A stretch of 64,000 nt of DNA from an uncultured Anaerolineales bacterium (GTDB lineage Bacteria; Chloroflexota; Anaerolineae; B4-G1): NCBI GenBank assembly GCA_964530325.1, contig CAZHAX010000003.1:11409-75408 (forward strand), in the 5' to 3' direction. The translations under genes were made by a program, and so were the position numbers. Below the pieces are notes generated by a model. The model was not told the DNA's origin. It worked only from the letters and a program-made list of their open reading frames with translations, and searched no databases. Every line of letters begins with the position of its first letter. Within the stretch, counting starts at the first letter, position 1. Below are positions 32,368 to 41,424 of this stretch, one piece after another.

Positions 32368-33360
32368 ATGGCAATCCTCCATCCCCTGGACCTGGGCATC
32401 ATTCTCACCTACCGCTGCCACAGCAGCTGCCGGCACTGCCTCTACAACTGCGGTCCGGGTTGGGAGAAGACCCCCATGACGCTGGAGGACCTGCGGGCAG
32501 CATTCGAGGCAGCCGCTACGTGGGACCCGCCACCCCAGGTCCACCTCACAGGAGGGGAGCCCTTCCTGCACTTCGAACTGCTGCTCGAGGGAGCACGAAT
32601 CGGAGCGCAGATCGGACTCTCCTGCTACGTGGAGACGAACGCAGCCTGGTGTACGGATGGGGACGAAGCGCTCCAGCGCTTCGCTGCGCTCAGGAGCGCC
32701 GGCCTGGACGCCGTGCTGATCAGCTGCTCGCCGTTCCACGCTGAGCGCATTCCGCCCTTGCGGACGCTGACGGCGGCTCACGCGGCGCTGGAGGTCTTCG
32801 GGCCAGAGCGGGTCACAGTCTATCAGCCGGACTACCTGCAGATCCTGCAGCAGTTCGACCCGCAGCGCCCGATACCGATATCAAGCTACGAAGAGCAGTT
32901 CGGGGCCGATGCAGCACGCCGCATCCTGTGGGAGGGATACGGCATAATCTCGGGCGGCCGCTCCGGCTACGCTCTCGATGGCGCGGCGCCGCAATACCCC
33001 GTGGAGACCTTCGCCGGCGGCAGCTGTGCCGGGGAGGTGCTCCATGCCCATCATTCCCACTTCGACCTGTATGGGAACTACATCAGCGGCTTCTGCGGAG
33101 GGCTCACTGTGGGCAGCTGGCGGCGGCTGATCGATGTGGTGGAACGCTTCAGGTCCGGTCGCTACCCTCCGCTGGTGGAGATGCTGGTCCACGGCGGCCC
33201 GCACGCCCTCTACGAGTACGCCCGGGAGGAGCACGGCTACGCCGCGTTGCCGGACGGATACGCGGGCAAGTGCCACCTCTGCGTGGATGTGCGACGGCAT
33301 CTCGTGGGTGAGCGCGACTACGCAGAGCTGGAGCCGCGACAGTTCTATGAACACTTCTAG
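32368..33360 (+). CDS. Radical SAM domain protein
   Basis: CxxxCxxC cluster 'CHSSCRHC' and 'LTGGEPFL'. No SPASM or other accessory domain was recognised. Confidence 0.65.
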   Translation: MAILHPLDLGIILTYRCHSSCRHCLYNCGPGWEKTPMTLEDLRAAFEAAATWDPPPQVHLTGGEPFLHFELLLEGARIGAQIGLSCYVETNAAWCTDGDEALQRFAALRSAGLDAVLISCSPFHAERIPPLRTLTAAHAALEVFGPERVTVYQPDYLQILQQFDPQRPIPISSYEEQFGADAARRILWEGYGIISGGRSGYALDGAAPQYPVETFAGGSCAGEVLHAHHSHFDLYGNYISGFCGGLTVGSWRRLIDVVERFRSGRYPPLVEMLVHGGPHALYEYAREEHGYAALPDGYAGKCHLCVDVRRHLVGERDYAELEPRQFYEHF

Positions 33361-33375
33361 GTGAGGCAAGCGAGC

Positions 33376-34140
33376 ATGACCCGAAGGCCAATGGCACTGG
33401 CCAACTGGAAAATGGCCATGAAGGTGGCAGAAAGCCTGTCCTTCGTAGAGGAGCTGGAGCGCGAACTGGGCGGGCTGCCGGCGGAGCTCGACGTGGTGAT
33501 CTGCCCCGCATTCACCGCCCTGGCGCCGCTCGCGCAGAAGATGGGTGGATCAAGCATCCAGCTCGGAGGGCAGAACATGGCCCCGTCAGCGGACCTGGCC
33601 CGCACGGGAGAGATCTCCGCACCACTGCTGGCGGACGCTGGATGCACCTGGGTGATGCTTGGCCATTGGGAGGTGCGCAGACATCTCGGCGATGACGACG
33701 CGGTGGTCAACCGCAAGCTCCACCTGGCGCTGGAGGCAGGGCTCCGCCCTATCCTGTTCATTGGCGAGGCGAGGGAGGAGAGCACGCTGCGCAGACAGGG
33801 ACTCCAATCCCGGCTCGAGACCATGTTGGGCGCCGCCGCGGCCGAGCAGGCAGCCCAGATGGCCTTCGTCTACGAGCCGGAGAGCGCCATAGGCACGGCC
33901 GCACCCAGCACACTGGAGCAGGTGGCCGCCGGGACTGCGACGATACGAGGCTGGCTGCGACATCGGTGGGGTGATGCGGCAGAGAGGGCACGGATCGTAT
34001 ACGGCGGCAGCGTCGCGCCCGAGCACGCCGCCAGCTTGCTGGCCTGCCCTGAACTGGACGGGCTGGGGGCCACAAGGCGCGGAAGGGATGCCGCCGTCTT
34101 TGCCGAGATCGTCCGCCACATCGCGCGGGCCAAACTGTGA
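33376..34140 (+). CDS. tpiA: Triosephosphate isomerase family protein
   Basis: 'ANWKM' (catalytic Lys), 'GHWEVRR' in place of GHSERR, and 'YEPESAIGT' (catalytic Glu). This is a divergent TIM. Confidence 0.7.
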   Translation: MTRRPMALANWKMAMKVAESLSFVEELERELGGLPAELDVVICPAFTALAPLAQKMGGSSIQLGGQNMAPSADLARTGEISAPLLADAGCTWVMLGHWEVRRHLGDDDAVVNRKLHLALEAGLRPILFIGEAREESTLRRQGLQSRLETMLGAAAAEQAAQMAFVYEPESAIGTAAPSTLEQVAAGTATIRGWLRHRWGDAAERARIVYGGSVAPEHAASLLACPELDGLGATRRGRDAAVFAEIVRHIARAKL

Positions 34141-34326
34141 CCGTCTGGTGCAGGAAACGCTGCGGCGCCTGCGACAGGGTGCCTCGGAATTGTACTTGAA
34201 GGAGCCAGCTGTGTCGCAGGGTCGGCTTGCCCGGGGCCTAGAGCAGGCCGCCGAGGGCGGACGGCTTTCCAGGCCGGCGGTAGAAGGCCGGGCTGGAGGG
34301 AGGGATGTGACGACCTAACCCCCTCG

Positions 34327-34551
34327 CCCCTTTCCCACCGGGGAAGGGGCAGCAATCCCCTCCGCACGCCGCGGAGGGGCCGGGGGCGGGCCTGCTATCC
34401 AGGGCGCATGTCGGCGAGGGGCCATGGGAGGCCACAAACCCCCTCCCGGTGTCGGCGACGGGTCGTGAAAGGCGACAAACCCCCTCCCCGTGTCGGCGAC
34501 GGGTCGTGAAAGGCGTCAGACTCCCCTCCCCGTGTCGGGGAGGGGTCTCAC
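34327..34551. repeat. Cluster of GC-rich hairpin repeats (CCCCTyCC...GGrAGGGG family), including a 41-nt unit tandemly duplicated plus a third variant
   Basis: Hairpins at 34327-34349 and 34357-34379. Direct repeats 34434-34474 and 34475-34515 differ by one nt. A palindromic variant at 34516-34551 abuts the DUF559 ATG. Confidence 0.75.
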
Positions 34552-35193
34552 ATGCCAAAAGACAACATCGTCATCGGCCAGAACATCAGCCGTGCCAAGC
34601 TGGACCAGGCCAGGCAGCTTCGTCGCAGCTTGACGCCCGCGGAGAGGCGCCTATGGGCAGAGCTGAGACGGAATCGTCTGGCCGGGCTGCACTTCCGCCG
34701 CCAGCAGATCATCGACCGCTTCATCGTCGATTTCTACTGCCACGCAGCCGGTCTCGTAGTGGAGATGGACGGCCCCGTGCACGAGCTACAGGCCGAATAC
34801 GACGCCGGGCGTGACTGCGCCCTGGCCAGCTGCGGGCTGCAAGTGTTGCGCGTCTCGAACGACGCCGTCATTCACAACACCCAACGAGTTCTCGCCCGGA
34901 TCCGCGATGCCTGTCGCACCGCGCTGGACCCCCTCTCCGACTGTCGGTCCGTGCAACCGACAGGTCACCGCTCCACCTCCGCCCCGCGGGTTCGGGAACG
35001 AAGTCAAACTCCCCTCCTCGCCGCCCCGGCCCTTCTGCGGTACAATGGGTGCCCAGGGAGCTCAGTCAGCCACCACGAGACGTACCTTAGGGAGGGAAAG
35101 ATATGCTCGTCGTCCATGTGCACGTGCACGTCAAGCCGGACTCGGTGGATGAGTTCAAGGAGGCCTCGATCGAGAATGCCCGGAACAGCATAG
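34552..35193 (+). CDS. DUF559 (Vsr-like endonuclease fold) domain protein
   Basis: '[51 protein letters not shown]...[20 protein letters not shown]'. The 3' end is uncertain; the ORF overlaps the ABM gene by 90 nt. Confidence 0.6.
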   Translation: MPKDNIVIGQNISRAKLDQARQLRRSLTPAERRLWAELRRNRLAGLHFRRQQIIDRFIVDFYCHAAGLVVEMDGPVHELQAEYDAGRDCALASCGLQVLRVSNDAVIHNTQRVLARIRDACRTALDPLSDCRSVQPTGHRSTSAPRVRERSQTPLLAAPALLRYNGCPGSSVSHHETYLREGKICSSSMCTCTSSRTRWMSSRRPRSRMPGTA

Positions 35194-35411
35194 AAGAGCC
35201 GGGCGTTGCCCGCTTCGACGTCATCCAGCAGCTGGACGACCCCACCAGATTCGTCCTCGTCGAGGTCTATCGCACGCCGGACGATCCGGCCAGGCACAAG
35301 GAGACCGTCCACTACCTGAGGTGGCGCAGCGCAGTCACGGAGATGATGGCCGAGCCACGCTCAAGTGTCAAGTACTGCAACGTCTATCCGGACGAGGCGG
35401 GATGGGGATAG
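35103..35411 (+). CDS. Antibiotic biosynthesis monooxygenase (ABM) domain protein
   Basis: '[21 protein letters not shown]...[32 protein letters not shown]', a ferredoxin-like ABM fold. Confidence 0.7.
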   Translation: MLVVHVHVHVKPDSVDEFKEASIENARNSIEEPGVARFDVIQQLDDPTRFVLVEVYRTPDDPARHKETVHYLRWRSAVTEMMAEPRSSVKYCNVYPDEAGWG

Positions 35412-36568
35412 TCAGCCGTTTCGAGTTCGCCACGGCGGCGCGGATCATTTTCGGCGCCGGGACGCTCGCCGAGGTGCCCGGGCTCGCCGCCCAGCTGGGC
35501 AAGCGGGCGCTCGTCGTGACCGGCCACTCTACTGACCGGGCCCAGGCCCTGCTCGATGGTCTCGCCGCCGAGGGCATGGTGATCTCCACCTACCCGGCCG
35601 GCCAGGAACCGACGATCGAGATGATCGAGCAAGGCACGAGACTGGCTCAGGAAGCAGGCTGCGACGTTGTCCTGGGATTCGGCGGCGGCAGCGCGATCGA
35701 TACGGGAAAGGCGGCAGCTGCCCTGGCTGTCAACCCCGGCCAGCCGCTCGACTACCTTGAAGTGATCGGCGGGGGCCAGTCCCTGGCTAACCCTCCCTTG
35801 CCTTACGTCGCCATTCCCACCACCGCAGGCACAGGAGCGGAGGTGACCCGCAACGCTGTGCTGCGCTCGCCGGAGCACCGCGTGAAGGTAAGCCTGCGCG
35901 GTCCTTTGATGCTGCCCCGCCTGGCCGTCGTCGATCCCGAACTCACCTATGACCTGCCGCCCGATATTACGGCGGCCACCGGACTCGACGCCCTCGCCCA
36001 GGTGATCGAGCCGTTCGTCTCCAGCCAGGCCAATCCGATCTCGGACAGTGTCTGCCGCGAAGGCATGCGGCGCGCTGGGAGATCGCTGCGCCAAGCATTC
36101 GAGCGCGGCGACGACCCCGAGGCGCGCCAGGACATGGCCCTGGCCAGCCTCTGCGGCGGCCTGGCGCTGGCGAACGCCAAGCTGGGCGCAGTGCACGGCC
36201 TGGCCGGCCCTCTAGGCGGGATGGTCGACGCGCCCCACGGTGCCGTGTGCGGCAGGCTGCTGCCGTACGTGATGGAGGCCAACGTTCGCGCCCTCCGAGA
36301 GCGCATGCCGCAGAGCGAGGGTGTGTGTCGCTACAGCGAGGTGGCCCGGCTCCTGACAGGCGATGGAGAGGCCAGCGCGGAGGATGGAGTGGCCTGGGTC
36401 AGGGCTCTGTGCGCCGAGCTGGCAGTGCCCCCACTGGGTTCGTACGGTGTGACCGAAGAGGACCTCCCGCTGCTGATCGAGAAGGCGAGCGCGTCCAGCA
36501 GCATGAAGGGCAATCCGCTCGCGCTTGAACGGGAGGAACTCCAGCACGTACTGGCCGCGGCTCTGTAG
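35402..36568 (+). CDS. Iron-containing alcohol dehydrogenase family
   Basis: '[15 protein letters not shown]', the His-rich metal site region, and Fe-ADH-wide similarity. The start overlaps the ABM stop. Confidence 0.85.
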   Translation: MGIVSRFEFATAARIIFGAGTLAEVPGLAAQLGKRALVVTGHSTDRAQALLDGLAAEGMVISTYPAGQEPTIEMIEQGTRLAQEAGCDVVLGFGGGSAIDTGKAAAALAVNPGQPLDYLEVIGGGQSLANPPLPYVAIPTTAGTGAEVTRNAVLRSPEHRVKVSLRGPLMLPRLAVVDPELTYDLPPDITAATGLDALAQVIEPFVSSQANPISDSVCREGMRRAGRSLRQAFERGDDPEARQDMALASLCGGLALANAKLGAVHGLAGPLGGMVDAPHGAVCGRLLPYVMEANVRALRERMPQSEGVCRYSEVARLLTGDGEASAEDGVAWVRALCAELAVPPLGSYGVTEEDLPLLIEKASASSSMKGNPLALEREELQHVLAAAL

Positions 36569-36602
36569 CCGCGCGTCACTGTCGAAGTTAGGAGACAAAC
36601 CA

Positions 36603-37487
36603 ATGGATTCCACCCGCTTTCTCCAGCTCGCCCCGCCACCGCGGCCGGTGCCCATTCCGCTCATCTGTAGGACCCTGCTGGGCATCGGAGGCCGAATGGG
36701 CTCCCTGTTCCTCGGCTTTGGAATGGTCTTTGTGCTCGTCTTCGGCCCCCGGCCAGCGGAGGAGCTGCAGCTCGCACTGTCCGGAGCCACGGCCCGCGGG
36801 ACAGTCTCTACGGCGAGCCCCACCAACACGTCTGTGAACGACGTGACCGTCTGGCGCTACGACTTCACGTTTCGGGCAGCGGACGGCCAGCAGTACGCCG
36901 CTCACAGCTATTCCACCGGCCAGTCGTTTGGGGCCGGCGACCGGGTGCTGATCGAATACGCCACAGCACGCCCGGAGTCGGCGCGCATCGAGAGCACGAG
37001 GCTGTCCGCAGCGCCATACTGGGCCATGGCTCTCATGCTCGGCTTTCCCATCTTCGGCGCGGTTCTCGTCGTTGGCGGAGCGATCCGCGGCGTCAGGCAG
37101 GCAAGCCTGCTGCAGTATGGGAATCTCACAACTGGCCGAGTGCTTTCCACCCAATCGGAAACGGTTGCTATAGAGGGTGTTCCGGTCCTCAGGCACGACT
37201 ACGAATTCCTGGCCTCCGACGGGCAGACCTACTACGGATCGGCCAGGACGCTCTATTCGGGGCTGATCGGCGACGAGCCGCAGGAACCCATCCTCTACGA
37301 CGCCGCCAACCCCAGCCGATCGATGCTCATCGATTCGCTGCCGCTCGGCTACAACCTCGAAGTGGACGGCTACGGGCAGTGGGCCACCCATGAGGGCTGG
37401 CGGTCTATAGCCTGGTGCGCTTTCGCGGCGGTAGGGCTGGCGGTTCTCGCAGGCTACGTCGCGGTCAACCTGGCTGTACTGCTCTAG
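36603..37487 (+). CDS. Membrane protein with two DUF3592-like repeats
   Basis: A TM helix followed by a beta-rich segment, occurring twice; weak family assignment. Confidence 0.45.
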   Translation: MDSTRFLQLAPPPRPVPIPLICRTLLGIGGRMGSLFLGFGMVFVLVFGPRPAEELQLALSGATARGTVSTASPTNTSVNDVTVWRYDFTFRAADGQQYAAHSYSTGQSFGAGDRVLIEYATARPESARIESTRLSAAPYWAMALMLGFPIFGAVLVVGGAIRGVRQASLLQYGNLTTGRVLSTQSETVAIEGVPVLRHDYEFLASDGQTYYGSARTLYSGLIGDEPQEPILYDAANPSRSMLIDSLPLGYNLEVDGYGQWATHEGWRSIAWCAFAAVGLAVLAGYVAVNLAVLL

Positions 37488-37519
37488 CAGGTTGCCTTCT
37501 CCGGCGCAGCCGATCGGGG

Positions 37520-37873
37520 ATGCCTGTGCCACCGACCATCGAGCACTACGAGTTCGGATCGATCACCGTTGACGGCGAGGCGCACGCGGCCGACCTGATC
37601 ATCCTGCCGCAGCGGGTGATTGGCGGCTGGTGGCGGCGCGAAGGGCACGCTCTCCACAGGGAGGATCTAGGGCCCGTGTTCGATGCCCAGCCGGACCTCC
37701 TCGTCGTCGGCACCGGCGCCAGCGGCGCTATGCGTATCCCGGAGGAGACGCGGCGGGCGCTAAAGGAGGCCGGGATTCGCCTCATCGCAGCCCCAACCGC
37801 TGAGGCGGTGGAGACCTACAACGATCTGCGCGGAGGCGAGCGCGTCGCCGCCGCGCTCCACCTCACCTGCTAG
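37520..37873 (+). CDS. Mth938-like (DUF498) domain protein
   Basis: 'DLLVVGTGASG...RLIAAPTAEAVETYN'. Confidence 0.6.
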   Translation: MPVPPTIEHYEFGSITVDGEAHAADLIILPQRVIGGWWRREGHALHREDLGPVFDAQPDLLVVGTGASGAMRIPEETRRALKEAGIRLIAAPTAEAVETYNDLRGGERVAAALHLTC

Positions 37874-37896
37874 CCGTCTGCTACCCACTTGCACAG

Positions 37897-37921
37897 CCAG
37901 GGCAGCTGTGAGCCGCCCTGG
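37897..37921. terminator. Hairpin between the convergent Mth938-like and FW-paralog genes
   Basis: CCAGGGC-N11-GCCCTGG. Confidence 0.35.
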
Positions 37922-37964
37922 CGATTGGCCGGACAGTGCAAGCCAGATCAAGTCCGCAGCCTGG

Positions 37965-39329
37965 CTAGAACGTCACGCAGGTGACGTAGCAGGCGACGTT
38001 CTTCTCCGTCGACTCCAGGTTGAATGCCCAGACCGACCAGGTGTTGGCCGTGGTGATCTGGCTGCTGTAGAACCGGGTGACGCCCGCCTGGCCGACGAAC
38101 CCACCGCCGGTCGCCAGTCCGGTCGGGCAGGTGCAGGTGGCGTTGCCGGAGCCGTGTGGGCCCACGGAGCCCCACACCTTCTCCTCGTACGTCGTGCCGC
38201 TGGTGCCGGAAAGGCAGATCGCGTGTGCTGTCAGCGCGTTTACCGAGCTCTCCGTGTTGTTCGCGTACACCCGCCAGCCGTTCCCGGAGGCCCGCGAGCT
38301 GGCGTAGACGTGCTGGCTGCCGTCGTAGTCGATGCCCCATCCGCCGCCGGTGATGATGCTTCCGGCAGGACACCAGGCCACAGCGCTGGCCCAGCCGCCG
38401 GGCTGCACCTCCACGGTTCGGGCCACCGTCGTGACCGAGCCGGAGACGTTCGTGAGGCAGGCTGCCCGGACGATCAGGACCTGATCTGTGGTCGAGTGAT
38501 TCATGGCCGAGACCTTCCAGCCATCTGCGGTCTTCAAGTTGGCGTGGACCACCATGGACCAGTGGGTCAGGTAGCCGCCGCCGACCACCAGGCTGCCCTC
38601 GGGGCAGACGGCAGTTATCGATCCTGAGTAGCCAGGCGCGATCTGAATCCGCCTCTCATCCCAGACGATGCTGGGGAAGAGAGCGGGCACAACCGTCATC
38701 ACTGGCGGCGCCAGCGTCATCAGAGGTAGGGTGGTAGCCGCAGGCGTGGCTGTTGCGGCCGCCGGCGTAGCCGGCGGTGGCTCCGGGCTGGGCACCACGA
38801 TCTGCACCCAGAACGTGGACCCAAACATCTGCGCCTCGGCCGACCTCATCCGCCAGTCGCCCCGATGCGTCCCGTACGTCGTCGGCGCAGCAAGATCAGC
38901 GGTGACGTCCACCGTGGCCCCCGCCGCCGTCTCCGGCACCGGCACGGACGCCGGCCCGCCCATCTGCTCCCCAGACACGAAGACGAGCTCGAAGCCAGGA
39001 CCCCAGTCGCACGTACCCGTGTTCTGGATTCGCCAACCCTTCACGAAAGCCGCCCCGGGCGCCATCTCCGTGTCGTCCGGTATGGTGATGTCGGCCACGT
39101 AGGACGCGTTCAGCGTGCAGTCCCCCGCCTCCACGTCCTCCTCGGCAGTGGGGGTTGCCGCAGCTTCACCCGCCTCTTCGGCAGTCCCGTCCGGCGTGCG
39201 TGTGGCGTTCTCATCCGCCCCGGCGCCGCCTAAGAGCTCCTGGAGAGGCGCGCAAGCCGGCGCTCCCAGGAGCACGACTGCGAGGACGAGCACTACCACC
39301 ACCCGCGGCCCTCTCCTTCCACTCAACAT
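37965..39329 (-). CDS. Secreted NBR1-type FW domain protein with three C-terminal Cys-bracketed GGG/NGW repeats (paralog A; lacks the Ig-like domain)
   Basis: Signal peptide ending 'LLGAPAC'; FW domain 'CTLNASYVADITIPDDTEMAPGAAFVKGWRIQNTGTCDWGPGFELVFVSG...FGSTFWVQIVV'; a PT linker; repeats 'CPEGSLVVGGGY', 'CPAGSIITGGGW...NGWRVYANN', 'CPTGLATGGGF'. Confidence 0.75.
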   Translation of the reverse strand: MLSGRRGPRVVVVLVLAVVLLGAPACAPLQELLGGAGADENATRTPDGTAEEAGEAAATPTAEEDVEAGDCTLNASYVADITIPDDTEMAPGAAFVKGWRIQNTGTCDWGPGFELVFVSGEQMGGPASVPVPETAAGATVDVTADLAAPTTYGTHRGDWRMRSAEAQMFGSTFWVQIVVPSPEPPPATPAAATATPAATTLPLMTLAPPVMTVVPALFPSIVWDERRIQIAPGYSGSITAVCPEGSLVVGGGYLTHWSMVVHANLKTADGWKVSAMNHSTTDQVLIVRAACLTNVSGSVTTVARTVEVQPGGWASAVAWCPAGSIITGGGWGIDYDGSQHVYASSRASGNGWRVYANNTESSVNALTAHAICLSGTSGTTYEEKVWGSVGPHGSGNATCTCPTGLATGGGFVGQAGVTRFYSSQITTANTWSVWAFNLESTEKNVACYVTCVTF

Positions 39330-39368
39330 CCCGCACCTCCATCAGTCGGTGTAGCTCTCATCCCCATG

Positions 39369-39394
39369 AACGGAGCGTCCGCCCACTTTGTTAC
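39369..39394 (-). promoter_or_regulatory. ECF-sigma-type promoter GTAAC-N17-CGTT upstream of paralog A
   Basis: Conserved in sequence and spacing with the paralog C and D promoters. It lies about 40 nt upstream of the ATG, and a GGAGGTG RBS follows. Confidence 0.5.
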
Positions 39395-39496
39395 GCCAGG
39401 TCGCCTGACATCCTGGGGACAGCACGGCAACAAGCGGGCTCCGGGTTGGCTGAGCCGCCCCGGGTCCCAAGCACTCCGCGCCGGCCCGCTCAGCTC

Positions 39497-41091
39497 CTAC
39501 GGGAACGACAGGCAGATGGCGTAGGCGTTGGGCGGCTTGTCAGTTCCACTGCTGTTCTGGGCAAACACGTTCCACTCGTTGCCCGTGAACAGCTTGGTAG
39601 AGGTGTTGTAGACGTATGCTAGGGTCCCTCCCGCAAACCCGCCCCCGACGGCCAGGCTGCCCTCCGGGCATGTGGCGATCACGCCCCCGTCTCGTGGCCG
39701 CCGACGCTGCCACCGTTGCCGACCTCCGTGGTGCTACCGCTCGTGCCGGACAGACAAGCCGCGTAGACGGCAAACGTCTTGTCCTCGCCGCCCCCGTTCC
39801 TGGCGCGCGCCCCCCAGCCGTTGCCTGACACACGGCTGCCGTAGACCTGCAGGCTGCCATCGTGGTCGGACGCCCATCCGCCGCCGGTGACGACGCTGCC
39901 GGGCGGGCAGGTGACCTCCGGGGTCCCGTGCCATCCCGCCTCCACCGTCACCGAGTAGTGCGCCTCGGTCACGGATCCGCCTGTGTTCGACAGGCAGACA
40001 GCATAGACGTTCAGCAACTTGCTCACGCCAGCGTTGTTCTTGGCCCAGGCTTGCCAGCCATCGCCGTGCTGGGAGTGGCTGTAGACCAGTACGTCGGGAT
40101 GGGCGGCATACCCACCGCTAACGGGCAGGCTGCTGCCGGGGCATTCCACCGTCGCTTGGCCGATGTCGCCCGAGCCGATCGAGATCTGGGAGTAGATCTG
40201 TTCCACCTGCACCGGGAGGAAGGGCGGTATCATAGGCGTGGTCTGCGGCGGCAGCATGGTCATGATCGGCACGTCCAACGTCGGCGTAGCCTCCGGCGCG
40301 GCCGTCGCCGGGCTGGGCACCACGATCTGCACCCAGAACGTGCTGCCGAAAGGCCGCCCCTCGTCGGATCGCATCTGCCAGTCACCGCGGTGCGTGCCAT
40401 ACGCCGTCGGTGCTTGCAGATCGATCGCTAGATCCACCGTCCCGCCGGCGACCGTCTCGGGCAGCGGGATCGAACAGACGCTGCCCATCTGGACCCCCAG
40501 CACGAAGACGAGCTCGAAGCCCGGGCCCCAGTCACACGTGCCGCTGTTCTGGATCCTCCAACTCTTGGTGAACGATGCCCCAGGCGCCATCTCCGTGTCG
40601 TCCGGGATCATGATGTCGGCCACGAACGAGGCGTTCAGAGTGCAGCCTTCCGCCTCCACATCCTCCACCGGCGTCGGGCTGGGCTGGGCCACGCCCTTCC
40701 TCACCCTCAGCGTGATCGTCGCCTATTCCGATGCCTGCCCCTCCGCATCGTAGGCAATCACCGAAACCCGCACCTCGCCCTCTTCCTCGGGCACCCACGA
40801 CTGAACCAGGCGAAAGGTCGTCAGATTCTCTTCCGGAGGCTCCGCCTCCCGCACCACCTCCCCATCGATCAACAACTCCACCCGCGCGATCCCCACGTCC
40901 GACGTCGATACCGACGCGATCTCCACCGTTCGTCCCACTCCCACACGGGCCCCGGTGGCCGGCCTGCTGATCTCCACGCTCGGCCCGCCGTTGGCCAGCA
41001 TGTCCTCCAACGGGGCACAGGCCAACACAGTCAGGAGGAGAAGGAGCACCAGCGATGAGACAGCTCGCACCCCGCTCTTGTGGCGCAGCAT
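39497..41091 (-). pseudogene. Disrupted paralog B of the Big_7-FW-repeat family (in-frame TAG plus C-terminal frameshift)
   Basis: Three ORF pieces (40723..41091, 39679..40704, 39497..39682) are colinear with paralogs C and D. TAG at 40723-40725 replaces a residue in 'ASE-A-ATIT'; there is a frame change near 39680; the upstream -35 GTAAC is lost. Confidence 0.7.
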
Positions 41092-41347
41092 AGCACACCT
41101 CCTTCAGTCAATCGAATGAACGGCCTGTCGGCCCGCTTTCCCAGGGCCTCGCACCGCACGGTCGCTGCTCGTGGGGCTCAAGCCGAGACGAGTGGGGAGT
41201 CCGGATTGTCGCCGTCGTCGGAGTGGAGATGGGCGCGCGGGTCTGGGGGTTGGAAGGTGTGGAACGAGGGGCAGTATCAGCACGAAGGTCGTCGATCACA
41301 CCATCATCAGCTTACGCCGGTATGGACCGTATCGCAAACGAGAACCC

Positions 41348-41377
41348 AGCCGGGGCGGCCCCCGGGCCGCCCCGGCT
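41348..41377 (-). terminator. Perfect GC hairpin downstream of paralog C
   Basis: AGCCGGGGCGGCCC / GGGCCGCCCCGGCT, 14-bp stem. Confidence 0.5.
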
Positions 41378-41424
41378 CCTCACCTCTCCACAGTCCTCTC
41401 GCCCATCATTCCCACCGAGCGCTT

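Noticed and set aside
32273-32374. M50 protease start at 32374
   Set aside because: It would overlap the divergent radical-SAM start head-on. An internal Met at 32272 leaves a normal divergent promoter region, so the shorter call is used. Confidence in the exact start is low.
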